IMG/VR virus record: IMGVR_UViG_3300022753_000047
Strand: one strand, 5' to 3'
Source of the DNA: a virus
Taxonomy: Duplodnaviria > Heunggongvirae > Uroviricota > Caudoviricetes
Length of the DNA stretch: 64,000 bases
Positions 54,541 to 63,733 of the stretch are shown piece by piece (position 1 is the first letter of the stretch; each line of letters opens with the position of its first letter). The position numbers were made by a program, and so were the translations under genes. The notes under the pieces were generated by a model. It did not search any database, was not told the DNA's origin, and worked only from the letters and a program-made list of their open reading frames with translations.

Positions 54541-54933
54541 CTATGAAAATAGGAACGAACTCAACTCCGCTTCATTAGCGGCTTCAAATTCAGGTGCAGA
54601 CTCTACGCCATTGCACATGGCAATGAACTCGTCCACCGAGCATAGAAACCACTTATCATCATCCGGCATCAGCTCGGGATAATCGTTCTCGAACTCTTCT
54701 TCGTAATATGTACGACTGCAATGACAAACCACTTTGTTTGTGGACTCGATATCGAAACAAGTGCTTTCACGATAATCGCTCCATCTGGGTTCAAGGCCGC
54801 TGTCCAGTGGATCATGGGTGTCCCATTGATACCCATTGTCTTTTAGAAACTCGATCAGCATCTCCGCTGCTGCTCTGCTGCCTGTTGCGATGACAGCAGT
54901 ACGGGGAAATACACATCCCTCCAAGTCAATCAC
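54541..54933 (-). CDS. hypothetical protein
   Basis: 130-aa ORF. Confidence 0.4.
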   Translation of the reverse strand: MIDLEGCVFPRTAVIATGSRAAAEMLIEFLKDNGYQWDTHDPLDSGLEPRWSDYRESTCFDIESTNKVVCHCSRTYYEEEFENDYPELMPDDDKWFLCSVDEFIAMCNGVESAPEFEAANEAELSSFLFS

Positions 54934-54967
54934 TCCCCATATCGTTTCTTCTTACCAAAGTGTTGTT

Positions 54968-55294
54968 TTATCGGATTCCATCTATCCACACCTCTAAAGT
55001 GTGGCGATTGGCAAATTGCTTACAAAGCTCTTCGATAGACACGCCATATGCTTTTGCATCTTCTTTCATTGATACAAACTGGTCTTTGTACTTCTTAACC
55101 AGTTTCTCGACAGCAAGGAAGTGTGCCTTGTCTTTTGGATAGTAGGAGATATCCTCAAAGCGGACTTCGCTTATATCTCCTGTGTGAAAGATTGCTTTCC
55201 AACAATCTTTACAGGGTTCGTCTTCCGGCGATACCATATGATTAACGCAGTTACCACAATGAACAACCACGCCGTTTACTTTAATTGGCTTCAT
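54968..55294 (-). CDS. hypothetical zinc-binding protein
   Basis: HCGNCVNH...CKDC. Confidence 0.4.
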   Translation of the reverse strand: MKPIKVNGVVVHCGNCVNHMVSPEDEPCKDCWKAIFHTGDISEVRFEDISYYPKDKAHFLAVEKLVKKYKDQFVSMKEDAKAYGVSIEELCKQFANRHTLEVWIDGIR

Positions 55295-55309
55295 TGGCGG
55301 TTTTCCTCC

Positions 55310-56122
55310 TTACCTCCAATTTGTTGCAATCTTACCGTCTGGATGGATGATGATGTTGGAGTAACCATCCCGATAATCGTTGTGCTGTTGCTGCCACATA
55401 TCCCCGAGTGTTACTCTGGCGTGTTTACCAGCATAGTCAAATGTCGCATAGACAAAGAAATCTCCTATGCGGAATGTGCGAACATCGATTTCAGCATCGT
55501 TCTGCAGATCATTCCAGATATCTATCGGATAGTCTTTCTGTTCAAGTCCGCTGAGAAACCGGAACGAAAAAGCATTTGCGTCCATCTTCATATAATCTTT
55601 GATGAACACCAGCGTTGGGTTCTCAACTACAGTTTGAACTGTACACCCAGGGAAGTTTCTGGGATTCGGATGTACAAATTCATTGCAAGACAGGTTTATA
55701 TGTGCCAATCCATTCAGTTCTGTGCTAAAGCCAGAAGTGTTGATGGAACAAAAGACAACATTGCTATGACTTCGGTATGTATCAACGATTTCCGCAATGT
55801 GTTCAGGATACAGCCCAGGTTCTCCGCCAGTAATCGTGAGTCTGGCATTGGGGTGCTCTTCCAAAACACGCTTTAGTGATTCGATTTGTGCAGGAAAATC
55901 ATTATTCCCGGTCATTGGATGCTGCCGCTCCAAACAGAACGGGCAATGGAATGGGCACTCTTGCGTTGTGATTAGCTGCACATTGATACGGTAGTACAGA
56001 GGGCGACCAAGAGAGGTCTTTTCTTGTCTACTCTCAAGGCGATACTGCAAGTCTGCATTCATTTCAAACCTTATATCGTCATAAGAGCGAATGAATGGGA
56101 TGAAGTTCATTTTGCTACTCAC
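55310..56122 (-). CDS. radical SAM domain protein
   Basis: CxxxCxxC motif ECPFHCPFCLER. ITGGEP glycine-rich SAM motif. Confidence 0.6.
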   Translation of the reverse strand: MSSKMNFIPFIRSYDDIRFEMNADLQYRLESRQEKTSLGRPLYYRINVQLITTQECPFHCPFCLERQHPMTGNNDFPAQIESLKRVLEEHPNARLTITGGEPGLYPEHIAEIVDTYRSHSNVVFCSINTSGFSTELNGLAHINLSCNEFVHPNPRNFPGCTVQTVVENPTLVFIKDYMKMDANAFSFRFLSGLEQKDYPIDIWNDLQNDAEIDVRTFRIGDFFVYATFDYAGKHARVTLGDMWQQQHNDYRDGYSNIIIHPDGKIATNWR

Positions 56123-56146
56123 TCGTCACTCCTCCTTTACTCTGTT

Positions 56147-56256
56147 TGGTGGGAAGGGATGGATTTGAACCACCGAAGTATTACTGACCACACGGCGCCC
56201 CAAGTCGAAATACAGAGATTTACAGTCCCTTGCTTTGGCCGCTTGCATACCTTCCC
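56147..56256 (-). tRNA. tRNA-Tyr (GUA)-like with oversized (~36-nt) variable region (110 nt total)
   Basis: Acceptor GGGAAGG/CCTTCCC, perfect. Anticodon arm AGGGA-CTGTAAA-TCTCT; the loop is identical to Bacillus tRNA-Tyr. T-arm GGTGG-TTCAAAT-CCATC. CCA encoded. The variable region GTATT...AATAC encloses 26 nt. Confidence 0.5.
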
Positions 56257-56491
56257 ATATGGTTTACGGGGGTGACGGTTTACCAAACTCCACCGACAGG
56301 ATGCACTTCGGAAGCGGCGGCCATGTTCTTTCGTGGATATCCCGAAAATGGCGGCGGCAAAACCCCGCGCCTGGTAGCATTCCCAGACTTGTCCGCACCA
56401 CTTCGGTTTACCGGCGAACCAACGGTTTTGAGCAGCATTTCCCCGTGATCGTCGAGGTGCTTTTCTCATCCTCCATGGCTTCCCATGGAGC

Positions 56492-56567
56492 TGGTGGAGA
56501 TAGTCGGGATCGAACCGGCGACCTCCTGCTTGCAAGGCAGGCGCTCTCCCATCTGAGCTATATCCCC
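56492..56567 (-). tRNA. tRNA-Ala (UGC)
   Basis: Acceptor GGGGATA/TATCTCC with the G3-U70 Ala identity pair. Anticodon loop CTTGCAA. T-loop TTCGATC. CCA encoded. Confidence 0.7.
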
Positions 56568-56639
56568 ATAGATCAGCAGTTTTTGTTCGTCGATGCGCAC
56601 TAACACGAGGAACTGCCAAACTCGTACAGACACTCGGAC

Positions 56640-56720
56640 TCGAACCAAGGTGATGGCCATTCACGCACCTGCTGCCTGCATATCAAGTTGCGACCTAAAA
56701 CCCATAGGCTACTCAGCCGC
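56640..56720 (-). other. tRNA-like element (canonical T-arm CTTGG-TTCGAGT-CCGAG; no clean cloverleaf, no CCA)
   Basis: T-loop and a 3' acceptor-like strand are present. No matching 5' acceptor or D-arm found by hand. Confidence 0.3.
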
Positions 56721-56832
56721 TTGATGTCTCCCAAACACTGCTTTCTTGCCTTGGGCAATTTCGGATGATTGCCCTCCGCAAGAACAAGTCCCGTGTCTCC
56801 GATCACACAGGATTCAGACATCGTTCCCTTTC

Positions 56833-56913
56833 TGGTGGGAGAAGTTGGACTCGAACCAACATGGCTTTTAACCGGGGTGCGACCCTGCGTCTAACCAATT
56901 CCGCCATTCTCCC
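56833..56913 (-). tRNA. tRNA-like (Leu-type D-arm, 81 nt), anticodon arm unresolved; possible pseudo-tRNA
   Basis: Acceptor GGGAGAA/TTCTCCC. D-arm GCGGAATTGGTTAGACGC. T-arm GTTGG-TTCGAGT-CCAAC. CCA encoded. Only 25 nt lie between the D- and T-arms, with no 5-bp anticodon stem. Confidence 0.4.
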
Positions 56914-57386
56914 ATAGGTGGGTTGGCCGAAGCCAACCCTATATGAAACCAACACGCTGCCATCCAGCCAAGTGGAACTCCCTGCGGCCACATATTCACC
57001 CGACAAACCAAACCCTTGGGTTTTGTAAATCATTATTCTTTAGCTGCTACATTCGCAGTCGTCTTTAGAGCCTGAGCTTTGTTCAAGTGAAAAACTTTGA
57101 ACTGTGAACCTTGCTATTTGAACTTTAACCTTTGAGCCTTACAGCAAAAGACGGTTTTTCTGACCGTTGGGCGTTGCGCCCTCTTACAATTTCTGTATAG
57201 AGCCTGTCTGCCTTTTGTGGCGGCAGGCGTTGTTACAGAAAACACATTTGCAACCCAAAGCAAAGGTTTTCATAATAGCTAATCAGGCTATTTTACATCT
57301 TCTTTTTATCTTTACTTATCTGTAGATGTTGAAACAGAGAAGGAATATGATTTAGGGTTTTCGGATGACAGCGAGGTGATTAACGA

Positions 57387-58028
57387 TTAGTAGGAGACCT
57401 CAATCTCCGTCACAGAATTGGACACGGACAGAGCCGCATCCACATCGACCGTGAAGTCATTGATGACCTGCTCCAGACGCTCGATCTCAACCTTGACCTT
57501 GATAGGGTCAACCAGCTCGAAGGTTTGAGCCGCAACGAAGTCGGCACGGACTTTCTTGACTTCCTCGGTTGCGTTCTTCATATCCGTATTGCCATACAGG
57601 CTGCGGATGTACTCGTCCGCTCTGCTCTCCAGAGCATCGCCGTTGTTGACATTGGCTTCACGCTGGGCACGGACATAGTCGGTATTGATCTTGGACAGGA
57701 GAGCCTGCAGATAGCCAATGCCATGGTTCTTCATCTCGATAGCCTCGGCCACAGTGTACTCCACGCCGGAGACCACGACCTTGGTGGTGGCATTGGACAG
57801 AACGACAGCACGCTTGATGGCGTTGCGGCGTGCGATCAAATCCTGGGCTTTCTGATAGCCGGATTTCATCTGCTCACAGTAGTCAGACACCGTGATGCCG
57901 TTGATCTTATTGTTGGCGTGCTTATTTGCCACCACGAAAGGAATGGCGTTGGTGGCCTTGTTGATACGGCTTTCCATGGTCTTGAGTTCGACCAAAGCCT
58001 TATGGACGGTCATTTTCTCAGTTGTCAT
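57387..58028 (-). CDS. hypothetical protein
   Basis: 213-aa ORF. Confidence 0.45.
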   Translation of the reverse strand: MTTEKMTVHKALVELKTMESRINKATNAIPFVVANKHANNKINGITVSDYCEQMKSGYQKAQDLIARRNAIKRAVVLSNATTKVVVSGVEYTVAEAIEMKNHGIGYLQALLSKINTDYVRAQREANVNNGDALESRADEYIRSLYGNTDMKNATEEVKKVRADFVAAQTFELVDPIKVKVEIERLEQVINDFTVDVDAALSVSNSVTEIEVSY

Positions 58029-58161
58029 AAACCTTGCTCCTTAAACTTTAGTAATATGCGGACTTAAACCCTCTGCAAAACAGTCCGCTCGGCGTCCCAA
58101 TACACTACAGATTGCTATTGGAGGGGGAACAATCACGCCGTTTCCCTATGCGGTGGCCGGA

Positions 58162-58440
58162 TTACTCCCCGGCCACACAGTCTTTCAAATTCTTGCCAGC
58201 TTTGAAGCTGGGAGAACGCTTGGGTTTAATCATAACCACCTCGTTGGTTTTGGGGTTACGACCAGTGCGTCCGGCACGCTCTTTGACCTCGAAAGTTCCG
58301 AACCCAACGAGCTGCACCTTATCACCGGAAGCCATAGCATCGGTGATGGTTTTGAGCGTTGCATCCAATACTTTCTCAGCGATCCGCTTGGACACTTCTG
58401 CATTGGCGGCGATGCCGTCAATCAATTCTGCCTTGTTCAT
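58162..58440 (-). CDS. HU/IHF-family DNA-binding protein
   Basis: MNKAELIDGIA...GFGTFEVKERAGRTGRNPKTNE is the HU signature arm. Confidence 0.75.
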   Translation of the reverse strand: MNKAELIDGIAANAEVSKRIAEKVLDATLKTITDAMASGDKVQLVGFGTFEVKERAGRTGRNPKTNEVVMIKPKRSPSFKAGKNLKDCVAGE

Positions 58441-58786
58441 ACCGGGCAAACTCCTCTCTGACTTCTTCGGGCGTTGCTCTGCGAGCCAACCCCATCGAAA
58501 TCAGTTGGTCGGCAAAGCCGGGAGGGAAAATGCAGTCGGGAACAAGCATAGTTTCCGGTTCGCTCGGCGTCGCATGATCGAAAATCTTCCTAATAGCGCT
58601 GGCAAAGGCATCGAAAACATCTTCGCCAACATCATAGCAGTCGATATCGCCATCGCACTCAGTGAGGTAGTGGCTGAGCGCATCGACTTCCTGTTGGGTA
58701 AACTCAATAGACACCCTGTTGTCGGCAGAGTGCTCTGCTCTCAGCGGTTTCAGGCCGGAGCCGTTAATGTTCTGCATATCCACCAT
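58418..58786 (-). CDS. hypothetical protein
   Basis: 122-aa ORF. Confidence 0.4.
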   Translation of the reverse strand: MVDMQNINGSGLKPLRAEHSADNRVSIEFTQQEVDALSHYLTECDGDIDCYDVGEDVFDAFASAIRKIFDHATPSEPETMLVPDCIFPPGFADQLISMGLARRATPEEVREEFARYEQGRID

Positions 58787-59080
58787 CCTTTTTCAGTTGA
58801 ATATCGTTATCGCAGTATTCGCAGGGATACACTTCCGAATTACCGTCGGCATCGAACTCAAAATTCCCGTGGAATAACACGATTGAACCGCACTTAGCAC
58901 ATATGCCGAAGACATCAGCCTTGCTCATGCTGCACTACCCTCGGCATCAGCCAATTCCTGGCGAGCTTCCTGAATAGAGTCGGCAGAGAACTGAAAAACT
59001 CCATTGAGAAATACTTCGATATGCTCTCCACGAACCCATCTGAACTCATAGTCTCCCATGGTCTGCCTCCTCCGTTTGAT

Positions 59081-59359
59081 TTACTTAATCGTGATAAGGA
59101 TCAGCGCACGGACGAACTTCATGACCCATGCCGGTGCATAGAACAGGTTGGCAAAAATCCTTCCGACCAAGCACTGCCCATCGACAAAATCTCGCTTCAT
59201 CTCTCGTGCGCTCCAAAGGTGAGCGGTAATCAGATTGACCACCACATAAAGAACGATGATGATTATTGTTACAGCCGTCACAGCATTACCTCCAAAACTC
59301 TTTACTTGATGCACAAGGTCTTGTTCAGAATCCTGCCGCTTCCGGTGTACTGGTAGCAT
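59081..59359 (-). CDS. hypothetical membrane protein
   Basis: 92 aa with a TM helix. Confidence 0.35.
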   Translation of the reverse strand: MLPVHRKRQDSEQDLVHQVKSFGGNAVTAVTIIIIVLYVVVNLITAHLWSAREMKRDFVDGQCLVGRIFANLFYAPAWVMKFVRALILITIK

Positions 59360-59997
59360 TGGAAGAACAACAGATTGCCGTACTTCAAATACTCCAACTC
59401 ATCGTCAATGTAGAACCTTGGACGCTCGATAAACTTATCGGCTATGACCTTGAGTTGTACGATTTTCTTTCTCTTGCCTTTGTTGGCGTAGATTCGCTGG
59501 GGTTTCGGCAAACTCCACTTTTCCAGATAATCAAGAATGACGCTCTCCATCGGATTTGCGCTATTGATGAAAATGGAAAACCCCTCTTCGCAAAGCCAGC
59601 GATAGAGGGGATGGAATTTCTTATTCGTGATGGTACGATCGAAGTCCAGAACCACGATGGGAGACGATGCCTTATACACTCTGAGCAAATCGATCACGCT
59701 GTCTTTGTCGGCCTTGACGATCTCGTCGGCATCATCAAAGCTGAACTCACGAGTTACTTTATAGATACCTCGAAGCTGATTGGTCAGAAAGGTTATGTAC
59801 GACATGAGCCCTCTGAACTGCATCATATCGAGATATCCGGCCAGCTCCTCCTCAGAGAAAATCTGATACACAAACAGGCTCTTCATCAGATGCTTGAGCC
59901 GGATGGTTTCCCGGCGGGTCAGCAGCGTTTTAGAAATACCATGTTTGTTGCACAGTTCTGTCGGCATCCCGGTCAGATAGTGCTCGGCGATGTTCAC
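59302..59997 (-). CDS. HAD-superfamily hydrolase
   Basis: Motif I VVLDFDRTIT (DxDxT). Confidence 0.5.
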   Translation of the reverse strand: MNIAEHYLTGMPTELCNKHGISKTLLTRRETIRLKHLMKSLFVYQIFSEEELAGYLDMMQFRGLMSYITFLTNQLRGIYKVTREFSFDDADEIVKADKDSVIDLLRVYKASSPIVVLDFDRTITNKKFHPLYRWLCEEGFSIFINSANPMESVILDYLEKWSLPKPQRIYANKGKRKKIVQLKVIADKFIERPRFYIDDELEYLKYGNLLFFQCYQYTGSGRILNKTLCIK

Positions 59998-60188
59998 ACG
60001 ATCACAACCTTTCGGGTAAACAATGCGTAAAGACCGAGCGGGAGTATCAAGAGAACTGCGGTGCAGTCACGGTCTTCGATACTGGTTCCGGTGCTTGCAA
60101 CCCAAAGGGCGATGGCACAGATCAGGATGATGCCAATTCCATAAAGGCGCTGCTCGAAAATCTTCCGCTTATACTGCGATTTCGACAT
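59994..60188 (-). CDS. small membrane protein
   Basis: Track ORF 59994-60308 trimmed to Met MSKSQYK, because its 5' part is antisense to the tRNA-Leu gene. Confidence 0.3.
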   Translation of the reverse strand: MSKSQYKRKIFEQRLYGIGIILICAIALWVASTGTSIEDRDCTAVLLILPLGLYALFTRKVVIV

Positions 60189-60213
60189 GAGCAAACCCTC
60201 CGTTTCTTTTGAT

Positions 60214-60296
60214 GGTGCAGGATAAGAGACTTGAACTCTTACGCTAAGAGCAGCGGTACTTGAAGCCGCCGTGTCTACCAATTCCACCAATCCTGC
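60214..60296 (-). tRNA. tRNA-Leu (CAA)
   Basis: Acceptor GCAGGAT/ATCCTGC. D-arm GTGGAATTGGTAGACAC. Anticodon loop TTCAAGT. Long variable arm. T-arm AAGAG-TTCAAGT-CTCTT. CCA encoded. Confidence 0.7.
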
Positions 60297-60297
60297 A

Positions 60298-60373
60298 TGG
60301 TGCGCCAAGTGGGACTCGAACCCACGACCACCGCCTTAAAAGGGCGGTGCTCTACCAACTGAGCTATTGGCGC
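60298..60373 (-). tRNA. tRNA-Lys (UUU)
   Basis: Acceptor GCGCCAA/TTGGCGC. Anticodon arm CCGCC-CTTTTAA-GGCGG. T-arm GTGGG-TTCGAGT-CCCAC. CCA encoded. 76 nt. Confidence 0.75.
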
Positions 60374-60579
60374 ATGACTTACCGATAGTTACGCTGGCGA
60401 ATAATCAGACCGTGAAAGTTCTTCATCTCACGAATCTGGTTATCGGTGAAAGTTCCGCAGGTGTAATACCCGTCCTCAAACCAAAGTCCCTTAAACATCA
60501 GTAAAACCTCCCGGAGAAAGAAAAAGCCACCAGTGAGCGAAAACTCCTGGTGGCTTAGTCGATCTGATATGCTGTTGTA

Positions 60580-61011
60580 TTAGATAGGAGTAAGCAAACC
60601 ATGGAAAGTGAATGTCAACCTGACCTTGTTCGCTTTCAGCGGATAGATTTCCGTGTTGCTTGCAAACTCCGACGCTCTGGAAAACCCTTCGATATCAACA
60701 ATGTCCAGAGATACGCCCTCAACTCGGACAACTCCGACATTGGCATCAAACTCATGCTGCTTGCACTCGACCTTGGCTTCGCTGTTGGTTTCCCGCAAAA
60801 CCTTTTTAATCATGGCGCAAGAGAACCGCATTTGCTGAACTCGTGGGTAATTCAGAATAGATACTTCGTTTCTGGGGAGTGTTTTGAGATACTCGATTAA
60901 CGCATCGATCTCGGCAAAATCCGTATCATTAAACTCCTCGGACTCAAAGCACTTTTCAAAATCCTCCAACATTCCACCTCCCTTGATTGTAGGAAAAACC
61001 TGGCACAGCAT
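60580..61011 (-). CDS. hypothetical protein
   Basis: 143-aa ORF. Confidence 0.4.
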   Translation of the reverse strand: MLCQVFPTIKGGGMLEDFEKCFESEEFNDTDFAEIDALIEYLKTLPRNEVSILNYPRVQQMRFSCAMIKKVLRETNSEAKVECKQHEFDANVGVVRVEGVSLDIVDIEGFSRASEFASNTEIYPLKANKVRLTFTFHGLLTPI

Positions 61012-61286
61012 GACTGTGATAAACCTCTTATTATAGTATAATCGGACTTCGTCCTTGTGTCAATTTGCAGATTATACAGTTCCTTGCGTGCCAAGATATC
61101 CACTCTGCGTTTACACAGGCTTGTGACTGTTTATCGAAAACTCGATAAGCCGCATTAGACAGAGTTGGCTTCCACCTCATTTAACGCTGCTACCTCGGAA
61201 TACAGCGCACCAATCCCCATTGATAAAAGCCCGTTCGGGTATAATTTGGATCAAAAACCCGACGGTACACCCGTTAGGGTATAGTT

Positions 61287-61361
61287 TGGTAGCCCGTAGG
61301 AGAGTCGAACTCCTGTCTCTGGATTGAAAATCCAGCGTCTTGACCGCTTGACTAACGGGCC
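61287..61361 (-). tRNA. tRNA-Glu (UUC)
   Basis: Acceptor GGCCCGT/ACGGGCT. Anticodon arm CTGGA-TTTTCAA-TCCAG. T-arm AGGAG-TTCGACT-CTCCT. CCA encoded. Confidence 0.7.
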
Positions 61362-61553
61362 ATAAGCCGGTTACACCAGACCGGCTACGAAACAGGCCAT
61401 CGAGAAAAACCCGATGGAGAACGGAACGGTGAACCGGACGATACTCTGAATACGAGCATTCCGGCGCTCAGACTTGCGGCGACGGCGGCGGGCGCACTTT
61501 GCGCTATACGCCATAGCTCTCGCTTCTCTCTCAGACATAAATAACCCCTCCGA

Positions 61554-61778
61554 TTAGAAAAAATTATCAAGGATAATCAGGTGGAACCACTTGGTTTCCT
61601 TCTCATAGCCAGCATACTCTGTTATGATTTCCACCATCTCGGTATCATCCGGCATAATCTTGTTAATGCCAATGTAGGGAAATCTGACCTTTCTTGCAAT
61701 TACCAGATACGGCTTACGCTCACAGGCCATCGCTTTACCTCTCTTTCGCAGTATCAAGGGCAGCGACCGTGATAGCAT
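61554..61778 (-). CDS. hypothetical protein
   Basis: 74-aa ORF. Confidence 0.3.
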   Translation of the reverse strand: MLSRSLPLILRKRGKAMACERKPYLVIARKVRFPYIGINKIMPDDTEMVEIITEYAGYEKETKWFHLIILDNFF

Positions 61779-62004
61779 GAGTTACAGCGATTGCGCATCT
61801 GTCACACTCGATACGCATACCACGCTCACAGCAGACCCGACAGGAATACTTAAAACTCCGATTGGCTTCATGCTTGTTGGACGCTTCATACTGCAATTCC
61901 ACGCCAACCTGCTCAAACTTAGTCACGGTAGCACCTCCAATATTCAGTTCTCTCTGCTCTGCGTTTACACGGGCTGGCAACCGTTTGGAGAACCCAAGCC
62001 GCAT
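61735..62004 (-). CDS. hypothetical Cys-rich protein
   Basis: CRVCCERG...CDRC. Confidence 0.3.
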   Translation of the reverse strand: MRLGFSKRLPARVNAEQRELNIGGATVTKFEQVGVELQYEASNKHEANRSFKYSCRVCCERGMRIECDRCAIAVTHAITVAALDTAKER

Positions 62005-62388
62005 TAGAGATGGCGCCCGCTATAATTTCAATATCCGCTGATACAGAAAACTCCTGCAAGGGCGCCGATTACAGGAAACTCTGCACCGGCTTTAGGCAGC
62101 TTGTTGCTGCCGTCACCGCCTGATACTCGCTCAGGCAGAAGCCATCCATGGGCAAGGTTGCCGAAAACTCGGATTAGCCCTCTGGAAAGAAAACCGCCGA
62201 CAGAAACTCCATCGGCGGCTTATCTGCGATAGATCAAAAACTCGGACTTTCGATAACATTGGTCACAACTGTGCGACCGCTCAGCGCTTCTCGCGCTAAA
62301 ACCCACGCCTCGTCAATACCCGAAGCATTGACGAAGCAAGTGGGCAGGTTAGGGTTATACCCATAACCAAAAACCGCATACCGCCTCA

Positions 62389-63141
62389 TTAGGCGTCTTT
62401 CTTGGTCTTGAAGTCCACCTCATAGGTGGCGCCGGGAGTGACAATGCGATGGCAGACCTCAGCCAAATAGTTACGGAAGTACCGGTGGTTGGCACAGGTC
62501 ACGGTCAGAGCCTTGCGGTTCTTCTTGGAATAGACAGACATCAGATAATTGACATCGTGAGAGGTGGCCTTATAGTCGCCGCCCAACATAGCGGTGACAA
62601 CGGTCTGCAGGGTCTTGAGCAGGTTGGTCTTGCTGGTGGGGTTCTTGCCCATGTCAAACTCACGGGCGATCTCGCTCATAGCGTAACTGTCATTGACAGC
62701 CTTGGGGTCGATGCCGAGGTCGACGCACTTCTGCGCAGTCAGCAGGAAGTTCATCTTCATGGCGATATGGCTCCAATTCTCATTGGCGCCGATAGAGCCA
62801 CAATACTTGTGGAGCTTGAGCAGGTCGATCTGGCGTTCCTTGTCGATGATGGAACGGACGGGAACCTTGTCATCACCCTTTTTCTCGTCCTTGACGCCGA
62901 TAGTCACAAAGGACAGGGTCTTGACGGCGGTGAGCATGGGGTCATCGGAGTTCTTGCAGTCCTCGAAACACATATCACGGACTACGGCGGTGTACTCGTT
63001 GATCTTCTCGGTGATAGCAGCATCGGCCTTGGTGGCCTCCTCATACTTGCCGCCCTGGATAGCCTCGTTGTAGTCCTTGACAAGGGCTTCGGCTTCAGAC
63101 CGCAACTGCGCCAATTTGGCAATGTTTTCTTCTCTGGTCAT
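62389..63141 (-). CDS. hypothetical protein
   Basis: 250-aa ORF, the last coding gene before the ORF-free terminal region. Confidence 0.45.
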   Translation of the reverse strand: MTREENIAKLAQLRSEAEALVKDYNEAIQGGKYEEATKADAAITEKINEYTAVVRDMCFEDCKNSDDPMLTAVKTLSFVTIGVKDEKKGDDKVPVRSIIDKERQIDLLKLHKYCGSIGANENWSHIAMKMNFLLTAQKCVDLGIDPKAVNDSYAMSEIAREFDMGKNPTSKTNLLKTLQTVVTAMLGGDYKATSHDVNYLMSVYSKKNRKALTVTCANHRYFRNYLAEVCHRIVTPGATYEVDFKTKKDA

Positions 63142-63733
63142 TTTGAAATGCCCCTTTCATAGATTTTGGGTGATGGTTTATCACTCAAGAAAGCCGCCGA
63201 AAATCCAGCCTTAGCGGGAAAGTCGGCGGCTCTATCAATGATAAACTCAACACTCGTGGGTGACACCGGCTCTGCACTTAGCCCGATGGGAACATATCTG
63301 CCCCATTCAGCCGTTGCAGTATCTAACGGTGTGCGTATCATTCCTAATACTCACCCGTGTTGAGGAATTTGCTTTTATTCGCAATACTCAATCAAATCCG
63401 ACTTTTATATCTTAATGCCCTCATTACCGGCTCCTCGGAGCACTTCACCCTTGGGTGGATAACTCGGACAATACTACTTGCCCTCATTGACCTTTCTCGT
63501 ATAGTCATCAGTTCCGCAAGCCGCGTTTAGGCTCATAGACACAAACCTCCGGGGATTTTCACTATCTCGTACCTATGGCCTAACTCCATAGCACCGGCGA
63601 CGGCGGCCTTTAGCCGCAAAACTGTGATTTATAGTCCCTCAGTCGGACATTCTGTGCGGCCCGTCCGCACTCCATGGCTAAACCATGGCCGCTCACCTTT
63701 TGCGTTGGTGAGTTACGGCAAGGGGTTTTCACC

